Source: an uncultured Bacteroidota bacterium
GTDB taxonomy: Bacteria; Bacteroidota; Ignavibacteria; Kryptoniales; JAKASW01
DNA: 64,000 bases
Direction of reading: 5' to 3'
NCBI GenBank assembly: GCA_963703215.1
Contig: OY969800.1
Location: 3,087,297-3,151,296, forward strand
Shown piece after piece: positions 1-10,286 of the stretch. Under the pieces are notes generated by a model that worked only from the letters and a program-made list of their open reading frames with translations, was not told where the DNA came from and made no database searches. A program made the position numbers and the translations under genes. The number at the start of each line of letters is the position of its first letter. The stretch's first letter is position 1.

Positions 1-2
1 TG

Positions 3-833
3 AATTTTGAGGAAGTCATAAAACTTGCGAGTAAGTATACCGTCGCAAGAATGCTGGAGCGGGATGACTTTGAAAAACGATACATCGCGCAAGAACCAAT
101 AAGCGTTCATGAATTTCTCTACCCTCTTGCGCAAGCAATGGATTCAGTCGCCATAAAAGCCGATATCGAACTCGGCGGGACAGATCAAAAGTTCAACCTG
201 CTGGTCGGAAGAGACATTCAACGAGAGTACGGTCTGGATGCGCAGGTGATCCTGACAATGCCATTGCTGGTTGGAACCGATGGCGTGGAGAAGATGTCTA
301 AGTCGCTCGGGAATTATATCGCCATCACCGACGCGCCCGACGAAATGTATGGAAAGACGCTCTCCATTCCCGACAACCTCATCTATGATTACTTCGTTCT
401 TACGACCGGTGTGTCCGAACCCGAGCTTCATTTGATCAAGAATCAAATCGAATCAAAGTCGGCAAACCCCCGGGATTTAAAGAGAAGGCTTGCGAGGGAG
501 ATTGTCACACTTTATCACAGCCGTGAAGCGGCGCAACAAGCCGAAGAAAACTTTGACCGCATATTTGTCCGGAAAGAAAATCCGGAAGAAATAGAGGAAC
601 GAATTTTAAACTCCCTGACCCCGCCCGTTGTCTCCCAACTGCTTGTTGAGGTTGGCGCGGCAGGATCAAAAAGCGAAGCCCGCAGGCTGGTGCTCCAAGG
701 CGGTGTTACGATCGATGGCGTGAAGATAACTGATCCGAACTTCGTCGTAAATTTTACCACTCCGTTCGTCTTAAAAGTTGGAAAGCGAAAGTTTTACAAA
801 ATAAAGAAACAAGCTGACCGTTCTCATAACTGA
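3..833 (+). CDS. tyrS: tyrosine--tRNA ligase, C-terminal ~276 aa (5' end lies left of the window)
   Basis: Frame is open from the window edge ([23 protein letters not shown]...), so the listed ATG at 51 is internal. Class-I KMSKS loop ([11 protein letters not shown]) and C-terminal S4-type RNA-binding domain ([16 protein letters not shown]). Confidence 0.93.
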   Translation, partial: NFEEVIKLASKYTVARMLERDDFEKRYIAQEPISVHEFLYPLAQAMDSVAIKADIELGGTDQKFNLLVGRDIQREYGLDAQVILTMPLLVGTDGVEKMSKSLGNYIAITDAPDEMYGKTLSIPDNLIYDYFVLTTGVSEPELHLIKNQIESKSANPRDLKRRLAREIVTLYHSREAAQQAEENFDRIFVRKENPEEIEERILNSLTPPVVSQLLVEVGAAGSKSEARRLVLQGGVTIDGVKITDPNFVVNFTTPFVLKVGKRKFYKIKKQADRSHN

Positions 834-868
834 CTACTGAAAACTAATAACCCATTAAAATAGGAGAT

Positions 869-1420
869 GTGAAATTGTATGTCCCAACAAAGATTTTCTT
901 CACCAAAGGGGTAGGTCGCCATCGCGACTACCTTCAATCTTTCGAGCTCGCTCTTCGCGACGCAAAAATTGAGAAATGCAACTTGGTTACCGTGTCGAGC
1001 ATATTCCCCGCTGGATGCAAGCGAATTCCCGTCGATGAGGGACTGAAACTGCTTCAACCTGGACAGATAACTTTTTGCGTCATGGCACGCAACTCGACGA
1101 ACGAGCCTAACAGATTAGTCGCCGCCTCAATCGGAGTTGCCACTCCTAATGATGCTTCACAATACGGTTACTTATCCGAGCACCATCCGTTTGGCGAGAC
1201 AGACGAAAAAGCCGGTGAATACGCTGAAGATCTCGCAGCCACGATGCTTGCGACTACATTAGGAATCGAGTTCGACTCGAATGCAGATTGGGACGAGCGG
1301 GAACAGCAATACAAAATGAGCGGAAAGATAGTCAAGACGTTCAATGTAACGCAATCGGCTGAAGGCGATAAGCGTGGCATATGGACGACGGTGGTCGCGT
1401 CGGGAATACTTTTGCCATAA
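869..1420 (+). CDS. pdaD: pyruvoyl-dependent arginine decarboxylase (PdaD family)
   Basis: [16 protein letters not shown]-terminus and [10 protein letters not shown] Ser-Ser self-cleavage motif typical of PdaD proenzymes. AGGAG at 862-866; the in-frame TTG at 875 (8-nt spacing) may be the real start rather than GTG 869. Confidence 0.85.
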   Translation: MKLYVPTKIFFTKGVGRHRDYLQSFELALRDAKIEKCNLVTVSSIFPAGCKRIPVDEGLKLLQPGQITFCVMARNSTNEPNRLVAASIGVATPNDASQYGYLSEHHPFGETDEKAGEYAEDLAATMLATTLGIEFDSNADWDEREQQYKMSGKIVKTFNVTQSAEGDKRGIWTTVVASGILLP

Positions 1421-1688
1421 CGCACAAGACCTCCTATCAATTCTCATTGAATAACCGAATGTGGCACAGTGAATCGATCAATGTCTGTTAGCGGTGAGCT
1501 TTTTGGAATTATTCTCCGGTCAGGCTCACGGGCGTTTGCAAAACATATCAGCAGCAAAGATTTCGGCAGCGATCAATTTATCGCTGGCAAGCGCAATAGT
1601 CCCAGAATGCTTGAGCTTTATTTTCTGACTGAACATAGTTAACGACACTTCGTTTATATCTTCTATCTAATTAAAAACCAAGGACGAC

Positions 1689-2270
1689 ATGGAACCATTT
1701 CAGGAATTAAGTGAATTCATCGAGCCAACCAAGAGCGCTCTAGTAATCTGGGATGTCCAGAACATGCTGGTACATAACATTTTTAATAAAGATGAATTTC
1801 TTTCAAATGCCAAAAGCCTAATCTCAATGGCGAGGACGAGAGAAATTCCAATATTCTTCACGAAAATAACTCCATTGCCCCGGCAGTTTGAGTCACCCGC
1901 GAGGAAATTCTTCATGAAGACCCGGCCCCGGAATATATCCCCCACTCCTGAGGGATTTGCTCTAGCAATCGAGCCACAAGAAGGAGACGTCATCCTGAAT
2001 AAGAACACCGCGAGCATCTTTATTGGCACAAACTTCGAACTCGTCATGCGAAATGCGGGGCTCTCCACGATAATGTTCTGCGGAATTTCAACTGAAATAG
2101 GAATCGAATCAAGTGCACGAGATGCGTTGAACAGGGGATTCTTCCCTGTTGTGATCAACGACGCCGTATCATCACCTAACCGCGAAGCCCATCAGCGGTC
2201 ACTTCAGAACCTCGCGACCATGGTTGTGGTTCTGTCGACTAAAGAGCTAACCACATTTTGGAAAAAGTGA
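1689..2270 (+). CDS. isochorismatase-family cysteine hydrolase
   Basis: 193-aa ORF with ALVIWDVQN (Asp motif), FFTKI (Lys region) and FCGISTEIGIESSARDA (catalytic Cys region), characteristic of the isochorismatase/nicotinamidase fold. Confidence 0.85.
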   Translation: MEPFQELSEFIEPTKSALVIWDVQNMLVHNIFNKDEFLSNAKSLISMARTREIPIFFTKITPLPRQFESPARKFFMKTRPRNISPTPEGFALAIEPQEGDVILNKNTASIFIGTNFELVMRNAGLSTIMFCGISTEIGIESSARDALNRGFFPVVINDAVSSPNREAHQRSLQNLATMVVVLSTKELTTFWKK

Positions 2271-2298
2271 AGCGGGCCATGTTGTCGTTTCACTGATC

Positions 2299-4371
2299 CT
2301 ATTTAAGCAAAACCAGCTTTCTTGTCTCCGTGAAACCGCCTGACGTGAGCCTATAAAAATAGACCCCACTTGGCAAATTGATTCCATCAAAACTTGCCTC
2401 ATACTTGCCCGGTTGCCTGACTTCGTCAACCAACGTTTTCACTCTTCTTCCCAGCACATCGTAAACAATCAATGTGACATGATTCAGCGATGATACCTGA
2501 TAACCGATCGTAGTCGTTGGATTGAAAGGATTCGGATAATTCTGATAGAGAGCAAAACTTGATGGACCCTTTTTGTCTGCATCAATTCCCGTAATCATCT
2601 GGGATAGTGGACGCACCCATACACCGCCGCCCGCGCTACCAGCGAGGAGATTTGTACCAGATATACCAAGAGAATATATGTCGGTAATCATCAATCCATC
2701 ATTGACTTGACTCCAAGTCGTTCCGTTGTCAGTCGATAAAGATACTCCGCTGCCCGCCGTCCCTACAAAGAGATTCTTCCCAAAGACGGCAAGCGACCTT
2801 ACGTAAGCGTCGCTCATATTGCTGTCAACCCTGTTCCATCTTAATCCATTATCGGAAGAAAGAAAAACTCCGCCGCCGGACGTGCCAGCGAAGACGTTCG
2901 TACCTGATACGACAAGAGATGTGATGATCCGATTTGTCAGGCCGGTGTCACCTTGCGTCCAGGTGATACCGTTGTCAGTGGACCGAAATACGCCGTTACC
3001 GGAAGTGCCGGCAAAAAGGCCAGAGTCTGAGATCGCCGTGGACAACACGTTATAATTGATCAAAGTGCTGTCAACAACTGCCCACGCCGTGTCACTTTCG
3101 CTGGGGAGAAAAACTGCGTCGCCGTATGTTCCGGCAAAAAGATTATTTCCAGAAACAGAAAGTGATAGAACAATCATATCCGCGAAGGCGCTATCAACAA
3201 CAGCTCTCCATGTTGTACCATTATCCGACGAGAAGAAAATTCCATCGCCATAAGTACCTGCATAAATCCTTCCATTAGAAGCAGCAAGCGAATAGATGTA
3301 CTTATTTGGCAATCCATTATTCGCGGCTGTCCATGACGACCCATTGTCTGTCGAGAGAAAGATGCCCCCGCCATAAGTTCCTGCGAAAAAACTGCTTCCT
3401 GATGACGCAACCGAACCGACATAACTGTCGATTAACCCGACGTGCGACCAAGTCGCCCCGCCACTAGTCGAGACAAAGATGCCGTTGCCAAAAGTGCCTG
3501 CAAACATACTTGTACCCGAGGAAACGAGAGCGTAAACTTCCGTGTTCGTTAAACCCGTCCAACTCCAGCTCGTCCCGTTAGAGGCAGAGAGAAAAACACC
3601 GGTGTCAGTTCCGGCAAACAAGTTTCCGCCAAAAATAGCAAGCGAATAAACATTGGTATCCGCCAATCCGGCATTGATCGGAGTCCAATTGCCCCCACTA
3701 TTACTTGAAAAAAATATTCCACCGCCAAGAGTGCCGGCATAAAGATTCTGTCCAGAAGCTATGAGACTTCGGACATGAGCATTTGTCAAACCACTATCGA
3801 CCGTGCTCCAGCTTGTGCCGTTATCGCTCGATAAAAAACAGCCGCTATTTGTCCCTGCAAAGATGTTGTTCCCAGAAATCGCGAGTGACCAGACAGTAAC
3901 TTCAGCAAGATTAGTATCGGTTTGAGTCCATGTCACTCCATTATTCGTAGAGACATACACGCCACCGTAAGCACCCCCAGCAAATATTTCTGCGCCCGAC
4001 GTTGCGAGTGCATAGACATCGGACCTTGTCAGGCCCGAATCAGTCTTCGACCAACTTCCTCCGTTATCGGTTGAAAGAAAGACACCGCTGCTGGTGCCGA
4101 CGAAAATATCCGTGCCGCCTGATCCATTAGATGAGGTCGTAAATGACCAGACGGGAATGTCCGTCAAGCCGGATCGATTCCAGCTCGCACCCTCATTTGA
4201 CGATAAGTATAAACCGTCAATAGTCCCAGCAAAGATACTCGTGCCGTAGATGGCAAATGAAAGTACCTCACCTCCATAGGGACCGTTTGTTTGCACCCAT
4301 TGGGCACGCGATAGTTTCGCATTGGCAAATAAAAAGAAAACTAGCAACACAATTCTAAACCTATTTCTCAT
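2299..4371 (-). CDS. secreted BNR/Asp-box repeat beta-propeller protein with T9SS C-terminal sorting domain
   Basis: Signal peptide MRNRFRIVLLVFFLFANAKLSRAQ. 13 recognisable Asp-box units (STDNGGSW, STNNGVTW, SSDNGTSW...) at ~45-aa spacing. C-terminus FALYQNYPNPFNPTTTIGY...GVYFYRL...KLVLLK matches the Por/T9SS CTD. Confidence 0.85.
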   Translation of the reverse strand: MRNRFRIVLLVFFLFANAKLSRAQWVQTNGPYGGEVLSFAIYGTSIFAGTIDGLYLSSNEGASWNRSGLTDIPVWSFTTSSNGSGGTDIFVGTSSGVFLSTDNGGSWSKTDSGLTRSDVYALATSGAEIFAGGAYGGVYVSTNNGVTWTQTDTNLAEVTVWSLAISGNNIFAGTNSGCFLSSDNGTSWSTVDSGLTNAHVRSLIASGQNLYAGTLGGGIFFSSNSGGNWTPINAGLADTNVYSLAIFGGNLFAGTDTGVFLSASNGTSWSWTGLTNTEVYALVSSGTSMFAGTFGNGIFVSTSGGATWSHVGLIDSYVGSVASSGSSFFAGTYGGGIFLSTDNGSSWTAANNGLPNKYIYSLAASNGRIYAGTYGDGIFFSSDNGTTWRAVVDSAFADMIVLSLSVSGNNLFAGTYGDAVFLPSESDTAWAVVDSTLINYNVLSTAISDSGLFAGTSGNGVFRSTDNGITWTQGDTGLTNRIITSLVVSGTNVFAGTSGGGVFLSSDNGLRWNRVDSNMSDAYVRSLAVFGKNLFVGTAGSGVSLSTDNGTTWSQVNDGLMITDIYSLGISGTNLLAGSAGGGVWVRPLSQMITGIDADKKGPSSFALYQNYPNPFNPTTTIGYQVSSLNHVTLIVYDVLGRRVKTLVDEVRQPGKYEASFDGINLPSGVYFYRLTSGGFTETRKLVLLK

Positions 4372-4713
4372 TTTCTTCTTCCATTGAATTATTAGGATCA
4401 GCTCTTTTCAAAGCCGCGAGGTCAAAGCTCTTCCATGTTAGTCGTTTCAATTGATTCAATTTATTAATAAAAGTCCTCCCGATAAACTGAGAGAATTATC
4501 AAAAGGATCAAAGCATAAGCGTCTTCATCAGACAACAAATTGCTCATTATGCTCAAAACCCGCCGTACGTCTTTTCCGTCACTGGCAACTTATCAAACTA
4601 TGCAACTCATCCCGTCTTCGTTGGATGGTGTTGTATTGTCTTTGTATGCTGTTGTCATTCGATAAAGAAACTTGTTTCCTTCGCAGTCGAAGTGCGGCAC
4701 TCGCAGACAAAAC

Positions 4714-4742
4714 GAAAAACCCCACCGGATTCGTGGGGTTTT
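4714..4742 (-). terminator. rho-independent terminator downstream of atpG (end of atp operon)
   Basis: Stem CCCCAC (4720-4725) / GTGGGG (4733-4738) with a 7-nt loop. On the minus strand it is followed by TTTTT (complement of 4715-4719). It lies 22 nt after the atpG stop. Confidence 0.7.
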
Positions 4743-4759
4743 GCTCGATCCAGCAAGTC

Positions 4760-5656
4760 CTAACTCGCTGCGGTCAGCGCTTCGGCTCCCGAGACGACTT
4801 CGAGCAACTCTTTAGTGATCGCCGCCTGGCGTGCCTTGTTGTACTGCAGCGACAGCGTCGAGATCAACTCACCTGCGTTTTCGCTGGCGTTATCCATCGC
4901 CGCCATGCGCGCCCCTTCGCCTGCGGCATTGCTCTCTAACAACACTCTCCAGATCTGGTACTCGAGATGCCGAGGTATCAGTGATTCGAGAATGGAGGAA
5001 GGGTCCGGCTCATAAATGTATTCCAGCTGGCGTTGAGGAAAATCATGATTCGCTCCAACAATGGCCTCTTTCGGAATAGGAAGAAACAGTTCTACCAATA
5101 AACGCTGTTGCAATATGTTCTTGAATTCGTTGTAAACGATCTCGACACGGTCGTACGTGCCGTCTAAATATCCCTTATTTATCTCAGCTGCGATGTTCTT
5201 CGCATCTGCAAACTTCAGATCATGGAACACACCGGAGTAATTGTGGATCACTTCATAATTCTTTTTTGAGAAAAAGTCAAAGCCTTTTCTTCCAGCGGCA
5301 AGCAGTTTAACATTTCCTGCAGCAAATTGCTCCTGATATTGGGACGTGATCAATGCGTTAGTTGCTTTGATGATGTTTGAGTTGAACCCTCCGCAGAAGC
5401 CTCGGTCGGCGGTAACGACGACGATCGCGACTTTTTCTACTTTTCTTTCTTTAACGAAAGGGTGGTCATTGAGATCTGCATTGGCCGCGAGATGCTTCAT
5501 AAGTTCACTGATCTTCCGTGAATACGGACGTGCTGCGACAACGGCAGTCTGTGCGCGACGGAGTTTTGCAGCGGCAACCATCTTCATCGCGTTCGTAATT
5601 TTCTCGGTACTCGTCACGCCCGAGATGCGACGTTTTATTTCACGAAGCGTTGGCAA
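4760..5656 (-). CDS. atpG: F0F1 ATP synthase subunit gamma
   Basis: 298 aa. N-terminal MPTLREIKRRI..TEKITNAMKMVAAAKLRRAQ and C-terminal ITKELLEVVSGAEAL are canonical gamma-subunit signatures. Position after atpA. Confidence 0.95.
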   Translation of the reverse strand: MPTLREIKRRISGVTSTEKITNAMKMVAAAKLRRAQTAVVAARPYSRKISELMKHLAANADLNDHPFVKERKVEKVAIVVVTADRGFCGGFNSNIIKATNALITSQYQEQFAAGNVKLLAAGRKGFDFFSKKNYEVIHNYSGVFHDLKFADAKNIAAEINKGYLDGTYDRVEIVYNEFKNILQQRLLVELFLPIPKEAIVGANHDFPQRQLEYIYEPDPSSILESLIPRHLEYQIWRVLLESNAAGEGARMAAMDNASENAGELISTLSLQYNKARQAAITKELLEVVSGAEALTAAS

Positions 5657-5685
5657 GTTTGACCCCTTTGTAAGTCATCGACGTT

Positions 5686-7230
5686 CTATCGCCTAAACTG
5701 AGCTACAAATTCTTTGGTTATCTCGTGGAGTCGTTTGTCCATCTCGATATCGATGTCTTTCGTATCTGCTATTTTGTCGAGAATGTTTTGGTGCTTCAGT
5801 TCCATCATCTCGATAAATTCTTTCTCAAACCTCCCGATGCTTTCGACGGGCAGTTCATCAAGGTAACCATTGGTTCCAGTGAAAATAAGTACAACCTGTT
5901 TCTCGACGGGCATCGGCTGATACTGTTTTTGCTTAAGCAATTCGACAAGACGTTGGCCTCTTCGAATCTGTGCCTGTGTCGCCTTGTCGAGATCGGAGCC
6001 GAATTTTAGAAAGGCTTCCAGTGCACGGAACTGAGCAAGGTCCAGTCTAAGTCTGCCAGCGACTCTGCGCATGGCTTTAATCTGTGCGTGACCGCCTACG
6101 CGGGAGACGGAGATTCCAACATTAATTGCCGGACGAACTCCAGAGTTGAAAAGACCCGGCTCAAGATAAATCTGTCCATCTGTAATTGAGATAACATTTG
6201 TCGGTATATATGCCGACACGTCGTTCGCCTGTGTCTCGATAATCGGAAGAGCCGTCAAGCTTCCGCCGCCTAACTCGTCACTTAGTTTCGAAGCTCGCTC
6301 AAGAAGTCTGCTATGCAAATAAAAAACATCGCCTGGATAAGCTTCACGTCCGGGCGGCCTGCGAAGAAGCAGTGAGACTTGACGATAAGCCCACGCATGT
6401 TTGGATAGGTCGTCATAAATAACCAATGCATCGCGACGGTTGTCGCGGAAAAACTCACCGAGTGTGCATCCTGAATACGGCGCGATGAACTGCATCGGCG
6501 ATGGAGTGCTTGCAGTCGCGGAAACGATGGTACTGTATTCCATCGCACCCTCTTCTTCAAGCTTCGCAACGACCTGAGCGACGGTGGAAGCTTTCTGTCC
6601 GATCGCAACATAGATACAATAAACCGGTTTGATGCCTCGTGCTTTTGCCGTCTCCGTGTGCGTGTATCTCTGATTTATAATCGTGTCGATTGCGACTGCA
6701 GTTTTTCCTGTCTGCCTGTCGCCGATGATGAGCTCGCGTTGCCCCCGTCCAATCGGAATCATAGAGTCTATGGCCTTGAGTCCGGTGTTCAGCGGCTGAT
6801 TTACAGGGCTCCTCGCAACCACGCCGAGCGCTTTCCTTTCCACGGGAAGAAATTCCTTTGTTTCAATTGTACCTTTCCCGTCGATCGGCTGACCGAGCGG
6901 ATTGATGACGCGTCCTAACATAGCGTCGCCAACTGGCATCGACATAACTTTACCGGTCCGACGGACCTGGTCGCCCTCTTTCACCAGTGTATCGTTGCCG
7001 AATAAGATGCAGCCGACGTTATCTTCTTCGAGGTTGAGCGCCATTCCAAATACGCCCTTCGGGAATTCGATCAATTCGCTGGCCATTGCTTTCTGTAAAC
7101 CGTAAACGCGCGCTATGCCATCTCCGACTTGCAGGACTGTACCAACATCATAGATGTCGACTTCCCTTTCGTAGCCGGAAATTTGTTTCCGCAATATCGC
7201 GGTTATTTCGTCAGGTCTCACTTCTGCCAT
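5686..7230 (-). CDS. atpA: F0F1 ATP synthase subunit alpha
   Basis: 514 aa. Walker A GDRQTGKT, plus [10 protein letters not shown] and [14 protein letters not shown] motifs of alpha subunits. Confidence 0.97.
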   Translation of the reverse strand: MAEVRPDEITAILRKQISGYEREVDIYDVGTVLQVGDGIARVYGLQKAMASELIEFPKGVFGMALNLEEDNVGCILFGNDTLVKEGDQVRRTGKVMSMPVGDAMLGRVINPLGQPIDGKGTIETKEFLPVERKALGVVARSPVNQPLNTGLKAIDSMIPIGRGQRELIIGDRQTGKTAVAIDTIINQRYTHTETAKARGIKPVYCIYVAIGQKASTVAQVVAKLEEEGAMEYSTIVSATASTPSPMQFIAPYSGCTLGEFFRDNRRDALVIYDDLSKHAWAYRQVSLLLRRPPGREAYPGDVFYLHSRLLERASKLSDELGGGSLTALPIIETQANDVSAYIPTNVISITDGQIYLEPGLFNSGVRPAINVGISVSRVGGHAQIKAMRRVAGRLRLDLAQFRALEAFLKFGSDLDKATQAQIRRGQRLVELLKQKQYQPMPVEKQVVLIFTGTNGYLDELPVESIGRFEKEFIEMMELKHQNILDKIADTKDIDIEMDKRLHEITKEFVAQFRR

Positions 7231-7291
7231 CTTTTTAAATTCTCAATTCTTAATTTTGAATTCTACGTTAAACTTCGCACTTCGCTTTTAA

Positions 7292-7831
7292 CTAATTACC
7301 TGCGAGCTGCTGTTTCAATATTTCAAGCTGCCGCCTCACGCTGCCATCATAAACTGTATCGCCAATCTGTGCAAGGAATCCGCCGACGAGGCTCCTGTCA
7401 ATGCCTATTGAAATTCTGATCTTCTTGCCAGTCAACCTTTCCAACTTGGACTGCACTTTCGACTTGTCCTGGGCATCAAAGCCGTACGCGGCTTTCAGAT
7501 CAGCATCGGCAATTCCCAAAAGCTGGTCATGGAGAGTCGCAAACTCGACGGCGATCGGATCTGTCAACGCTTCGCGCCCCTTCTCGACGAGGAGATAAAG
7601 GAAACGCTCGGTCAGTTCATTGATCTTCCACTTGAAAAGCGCGTCGATGACTTTTCGTTTCTTAGCACGGTCTATTATAGGGCTCTGGAAAAACAGCTTG
7701 AGATCATACGAGGTCTTGATCCAGTTATGCATCATGTGCATATCGGAAGCCACTTCGTCGGTCCTTTTCATTTCCGACGCAAGACCTAGCAAAGCGCCTG
7801 CGTATCTCTTCGCCGCTCTGGTTCCCTTCAT
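7292..7831 (-). CDS. atpH: F0F1 ATP synthase subunit delta (OSCP)
   Basis: 179-aa ORF between atpF and atpA. RYAGALLGLA N-terminus and C-terminal LVGGF..IGD.VYDGSV..QL motif typical of delta/OSCP. Confidence 0.85.
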   Translation of the reverse strand: MKGTRAAKRYAGALLGLASEMKRTDEVASDMHMMHNWIKTSYDLKLFFQSPIIDRAKKRKVIDALFKWKINELTERFLYLLVEKGREALTDPIAVEFATLHDQLLGIADADLKAAYGFDAQDKSKVQSKLERLTGKKIRISIGIDRSLVGGFLAQIGDTVYDGSVRRQLEILKQQLAGN

Positions 7832-7838
7832 AAACGAT

Positions 7839-8324
7839 TCAGTTCTTTCCTAGAGAGTTGATGAACTCTTCCACTAACTTCTTCTGCTTCGCTTCGTCAA
7901 TGGTCTCACTCAAAATCTTCTCAGCAGCCCTGATTGCAAGCTCAGCAACCAGACCATGAAGCTGTGTCATCGCAAGCTGTTTGTCGCGTTCAATTTCCTC
8001 ACGCGCCCTATCAAGGATCTTATCTCCTTCAGTTTTCGCTTTTGAAACATATTCGGACCTGATCTTCTCCGCAAGTTCGCGTGCCTCTCGAAGTACCTGT
8101 TGTGCCACCTCTTCAGCTTTTGCAAGGTTCCTATTATTCTCTTCGAGAATCCGCTGCGCTTCTCTCTTTGCTTCCTCTGCGCGTTCCAAAGATTGGCGGA
8201 TCGTATCCTCGCGAGTCTGTAGGTTATTGAGTATTGGCTTCCAGGCATACGCCCGCAACACTATTAGCAACACAACAAAGGTGAGCATTGTCCAGATTAT
8301 CAATCCGGTATTTAATTGCAGCAT
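7839..8324 (-). CDS. atpF: F0F1 ATP synthase subunit b
   Basis: 161 aa. One N-terminal TM helix (LIIWTMLTFVVLLIVL) followed by a long charged coiled coil. Position between atpE and atpH. Confidence 0.85.
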   Translation of the reverse strand: MLQLNTGLIIWTMLTFVVLLIVLRAYAWKPILNNLQTREDTIRQSLERAEEAKREAQRILEENNRNLAKAEEVAQQVLREARELAEKIRSEYVSKAKTEGDKILDRAREEIERDKQLAMTQLHGLVAELAIRAAEKILSETIDEAKQKKLVEEFINSLGKN

Positions 8325-8363
8325 ATCAACTCCATCGTAAGTCGGAAGGACGTTCCGATTTAC

Positions 8364-8591
8364 TTACTTCAATGCAAGAATAATCGTAATAACTTCCGCG
8401 AAGAGCGTAACACCTTCGATCAATGCCGCGGCAATAATCATGGATGTTCTAATATCGCCCAATGCATCCGGCTGATGTCCGCTGGCTTCCATCGCAGAGG
8501 CTGCTAACTTTCCAATTCCATATCCGCCGCCGATAACGGCTAAACCGGCACCAATTCCCGCCGCTAAGTGAGTCAATCCTAAATCAGGCAT
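8364..8591 (-). CDS. atpE: F0F1 ATP synthase subunit c
   Basis: 75-aa hairpin proteolipid. Gly-rich helix 1 (GIGAGLAVIGGGYGIG), polar loop GHQPD, carboxylate in helix 2 (AAALIEGVTLF). Confidence 0.9.
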   Translation of the reverse strand: MPDLGLTHLAAGIGAGLAVIGGGYGIGKLAASAMEASGHQPDALGDIRTSMIIAAALIEGVTLFAEVITIILALK

Positions 8592-8645
8592 TTTCTTGCT
8601 CCTAATATTTAATTTTGAATTTTAAAATTTGTTCTTGATTTATAT

Positions 8646-9566
8646 TTAATGTTGATGAACCGCCAATCCGACAAAGAGTGCGGTGAGCATCGTAAAAATG
8701 TAGGCCTGTATCAAGCCAATGAGTATCTCCAATAAATTTATGAACACAGCGAAGGCAATTGAGATAGGTGCGACGAATACAGAATGAAAAATAAATATCA
8801 ATCCTATCAACGAGAAGATCACGATGTGACCAGCCGACATATTTGCGAATAGACGAACGCAGAGTGCGAATGGCTTCGTGAAAAGACCGAGAAGCTCGAC
8901 TATAATCATAATGGGCACAACGAACAACGGTATGCCCGGAGGCATTAATCCCTTGAAGTAACCCGCGAAACCATGGTTTACGATTCCAGAAATCTGGATT
9001 ACGAAAAATGAAATTATCGCCAACCCCGCGGTGACGTTTATGTTGCCCGTTGGCGTCGATGTATATGGAATTAATCCGACTAAATTTGCGAACAAGACAA
9101 AGAAGAATAGTGTCAGGAAGTAAGGCAGAAGCTTCTTACCTTCTTCACCGATTGCACCACGAACAATATCATCCCGAACAAAGACAACGATCACCTCAAG
9201 TGCGTTCGCCAGACCGCTAGGGACCAAGGCGCTCTTGCGATAACTTCGCATTGCCAGTCGGACAAATATTAATAAGAGCATCATCGCGAACCAGATCATT
9301 ACGATATGTTTCGTCAGTGAGAAATCTATTGCGATTCCACCGATATGCACCGGCGGAAACTGCGGCAGATGAATCTCCCCAAATGGTTGGAACTCTATCA
9401 CGTGCGAATCAGCCACATGCTCGATGATCCAGCTTCCATTTGACGCGTCGCTTGCGCCTGCCGCCGTCGGCCCTGCCCCAAGTGTCTTTACAGTATCTGC
9501 AATCACCCCGCTCACGTTTGCAGCATGTATATTTGTCGAATCCAAAAGTACAGAATTAAATATCAT
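8646..9566 (-). CDS. atpB: F0F1 ATP synthase subunit a
   Basis: 306 aa, polytopic. Conserved stator Arg region (LCVRLFANMSAGHIV) and C-terminal LIQAYIFTMLTALF motif. Confidence 0.9.
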   Translation of the reverse strand: MIFNSVLLDSTNIHAANVSGVIADTVKTLGAGPTAAGASDASNGSWIIEHVADSHVIEFQPFGEIHLPQFPPVHIGGIAIDFSLTKHIVMIWFAMMLLLIFVRLAMRSYRKSALVPSGLANALEVIVVFVRDDIVRGAIGEEGKKLLPYFLTLFFFVLFANLVGLIPYTSTPTGNINVTAGLAIISFFVIQISGIVNHGFAGYFKGLMPPGIPLFVVPIMIIVELLGLFTKPFALCVRLFANMSAGHIVIFSLIGLIFIFHSVFVAPISIAFAVFINLLEILIGLIQAYIFTMLTALFVGLAVHQH

Positions 9567-10021
9567 GCTTTGACTGTCTTCTTTATCTCGATTCTTTTGT
9601 TGAGAAATGCTACTTCAAATATCGTCATTGCAAAGTAAAAGATTAACAAACCGGTTACCAACCCAATCACATGAATGCTAAAAACTTTGATAAAGAGTAC
9701 GAATATTCCGATAAGAAGCAACATGCGTATTCCCATTCCTAAGAAAACACCCTTCAAAAATGCGAGGTTACTCTTGTCAATGAATCTGTCTATCGTCATG
9801 AAGCCAATGATGCCATTCGCAACTCCGACCAAAGCTCCCAGAAAATATGCTAACTCAAAAGCGCCGCTTGCGAACTCCAATATGAGAAAAAGAGAAATGA
9901 TTCCCATTGTGGCAAGCGAGCTGAACAAAATTCTAAACATTCTCTTTCGCATCGATTGTATCTCTACACCCATATCACCTTTCTTCTGTGTGTGAGATTC
10001 ACTCTTTTGATCTTCTATCAC
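9563..10021 (-). CDS. AtpI-like small membrane protein of the atp operon
   Basis: Four predicted TM helices, located directly upstream of atpB with a 4-nt overlap. Start uncertain (ATG at 9973 avoids overlap with the upstream gene). Assignment rests on position and topology only. Confidence 0.55.
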   Translation of the reverse strand: MIEDQKSESHTQKKGDMGVEIQSMRKRMFRILFSSLATMGIISLFLILEFASGAFELAYFLGALVGVANGIIGFMTIDRFIDKSNLAFLKGVFLGMGIRMLLLIGIFVLFIKVFSIHVIGLVTGLLIFYFAMTIFEVAFLNKRIEIKKTVKA

Positions 10022-10286
10022 TCTTACCTAATCTTCGTACTTGTTTGATGAAATTATAGAAACCGCCGATCAGTCCTACCGTCGCACCGACTAGGAGTAA
10101 CCAAGGAGAGGTTTTGAAATGCTGGTCAAGGAAATAACCGAGAAGCAACGTACCTGCTACAGATGCAGCCAGCTCCGTTCCGAGACCCATGTAAGGCGCA
10201 AGCTGTCTGTAAGCCTCACCTAAACTTTCTCCGGCAGTCTGTCTCTTCTTAATCGAATATCCCAACAACAGGACAGCAATCCCCAA
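9999..10286 (-). CDS. AtpZ/AtpI-family (ATPase_gene1-like) small membrane protein
   Basis: 95 aa, two TM helices. YMGLGTELAASVAGTLLLGYFLDQHFKTSPWLLLVGATVGLIGGFYNFIKQ resembles the AtpZ family consensus. It is the first gene of the atp array. Confidence 0.6.
   Translation of the reverse strand: MGIAVLLLGYSIKKRQTAGESLGEAYRQLAPYMGLGTELAASVAGTLLLGYFLDQHFKTSPWLLLVGATVGLIGGFYNFIKQVRRLGKSDRRSKE

Noticed and set aside
1421-1688. 268-nt intergenic region containing GGTCAGG...CAGCAGC, reminiscent of SRP RNA domain IV.
   Set aside because: There is no GNAR tetraloop or symmetric-loop context and no extended helix. The only hairpin is GTGAGC/GCTCAC with a ~24-nt loop.
4451-4939. 162-aa plus-strand ORF, together with the many 60-180-aa ORFs antisense to atp, ppdK, smc, glyA and other genes.
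   Set aside because: They overlap strongly supported genes on the opposite strand (this one also crosses the atp terminator). They have low-complexity or Arg/Ser/Cys-rich composition typical of shadow frames, and no motifs.
8364-8591. Possible Na+-coupled c-ring.
   Set aside because: Helix 2 reads IEGVTLF (Gly after the carboxylate, no E-S/T pair) and helix 1 lacks the Gln ligand. It looks proton-coupled.
4760-10286. The atp operon lacks atpD (beta) and atpC (epsilon).
   Set aside because: As I recall, a split atpZIBEFHAG / atpDC arrangement is usual in Bacteroidota/Chlorobiota-type genomes. The delta subunit is present, so this is not an N-type ATPase operon. Not novel.
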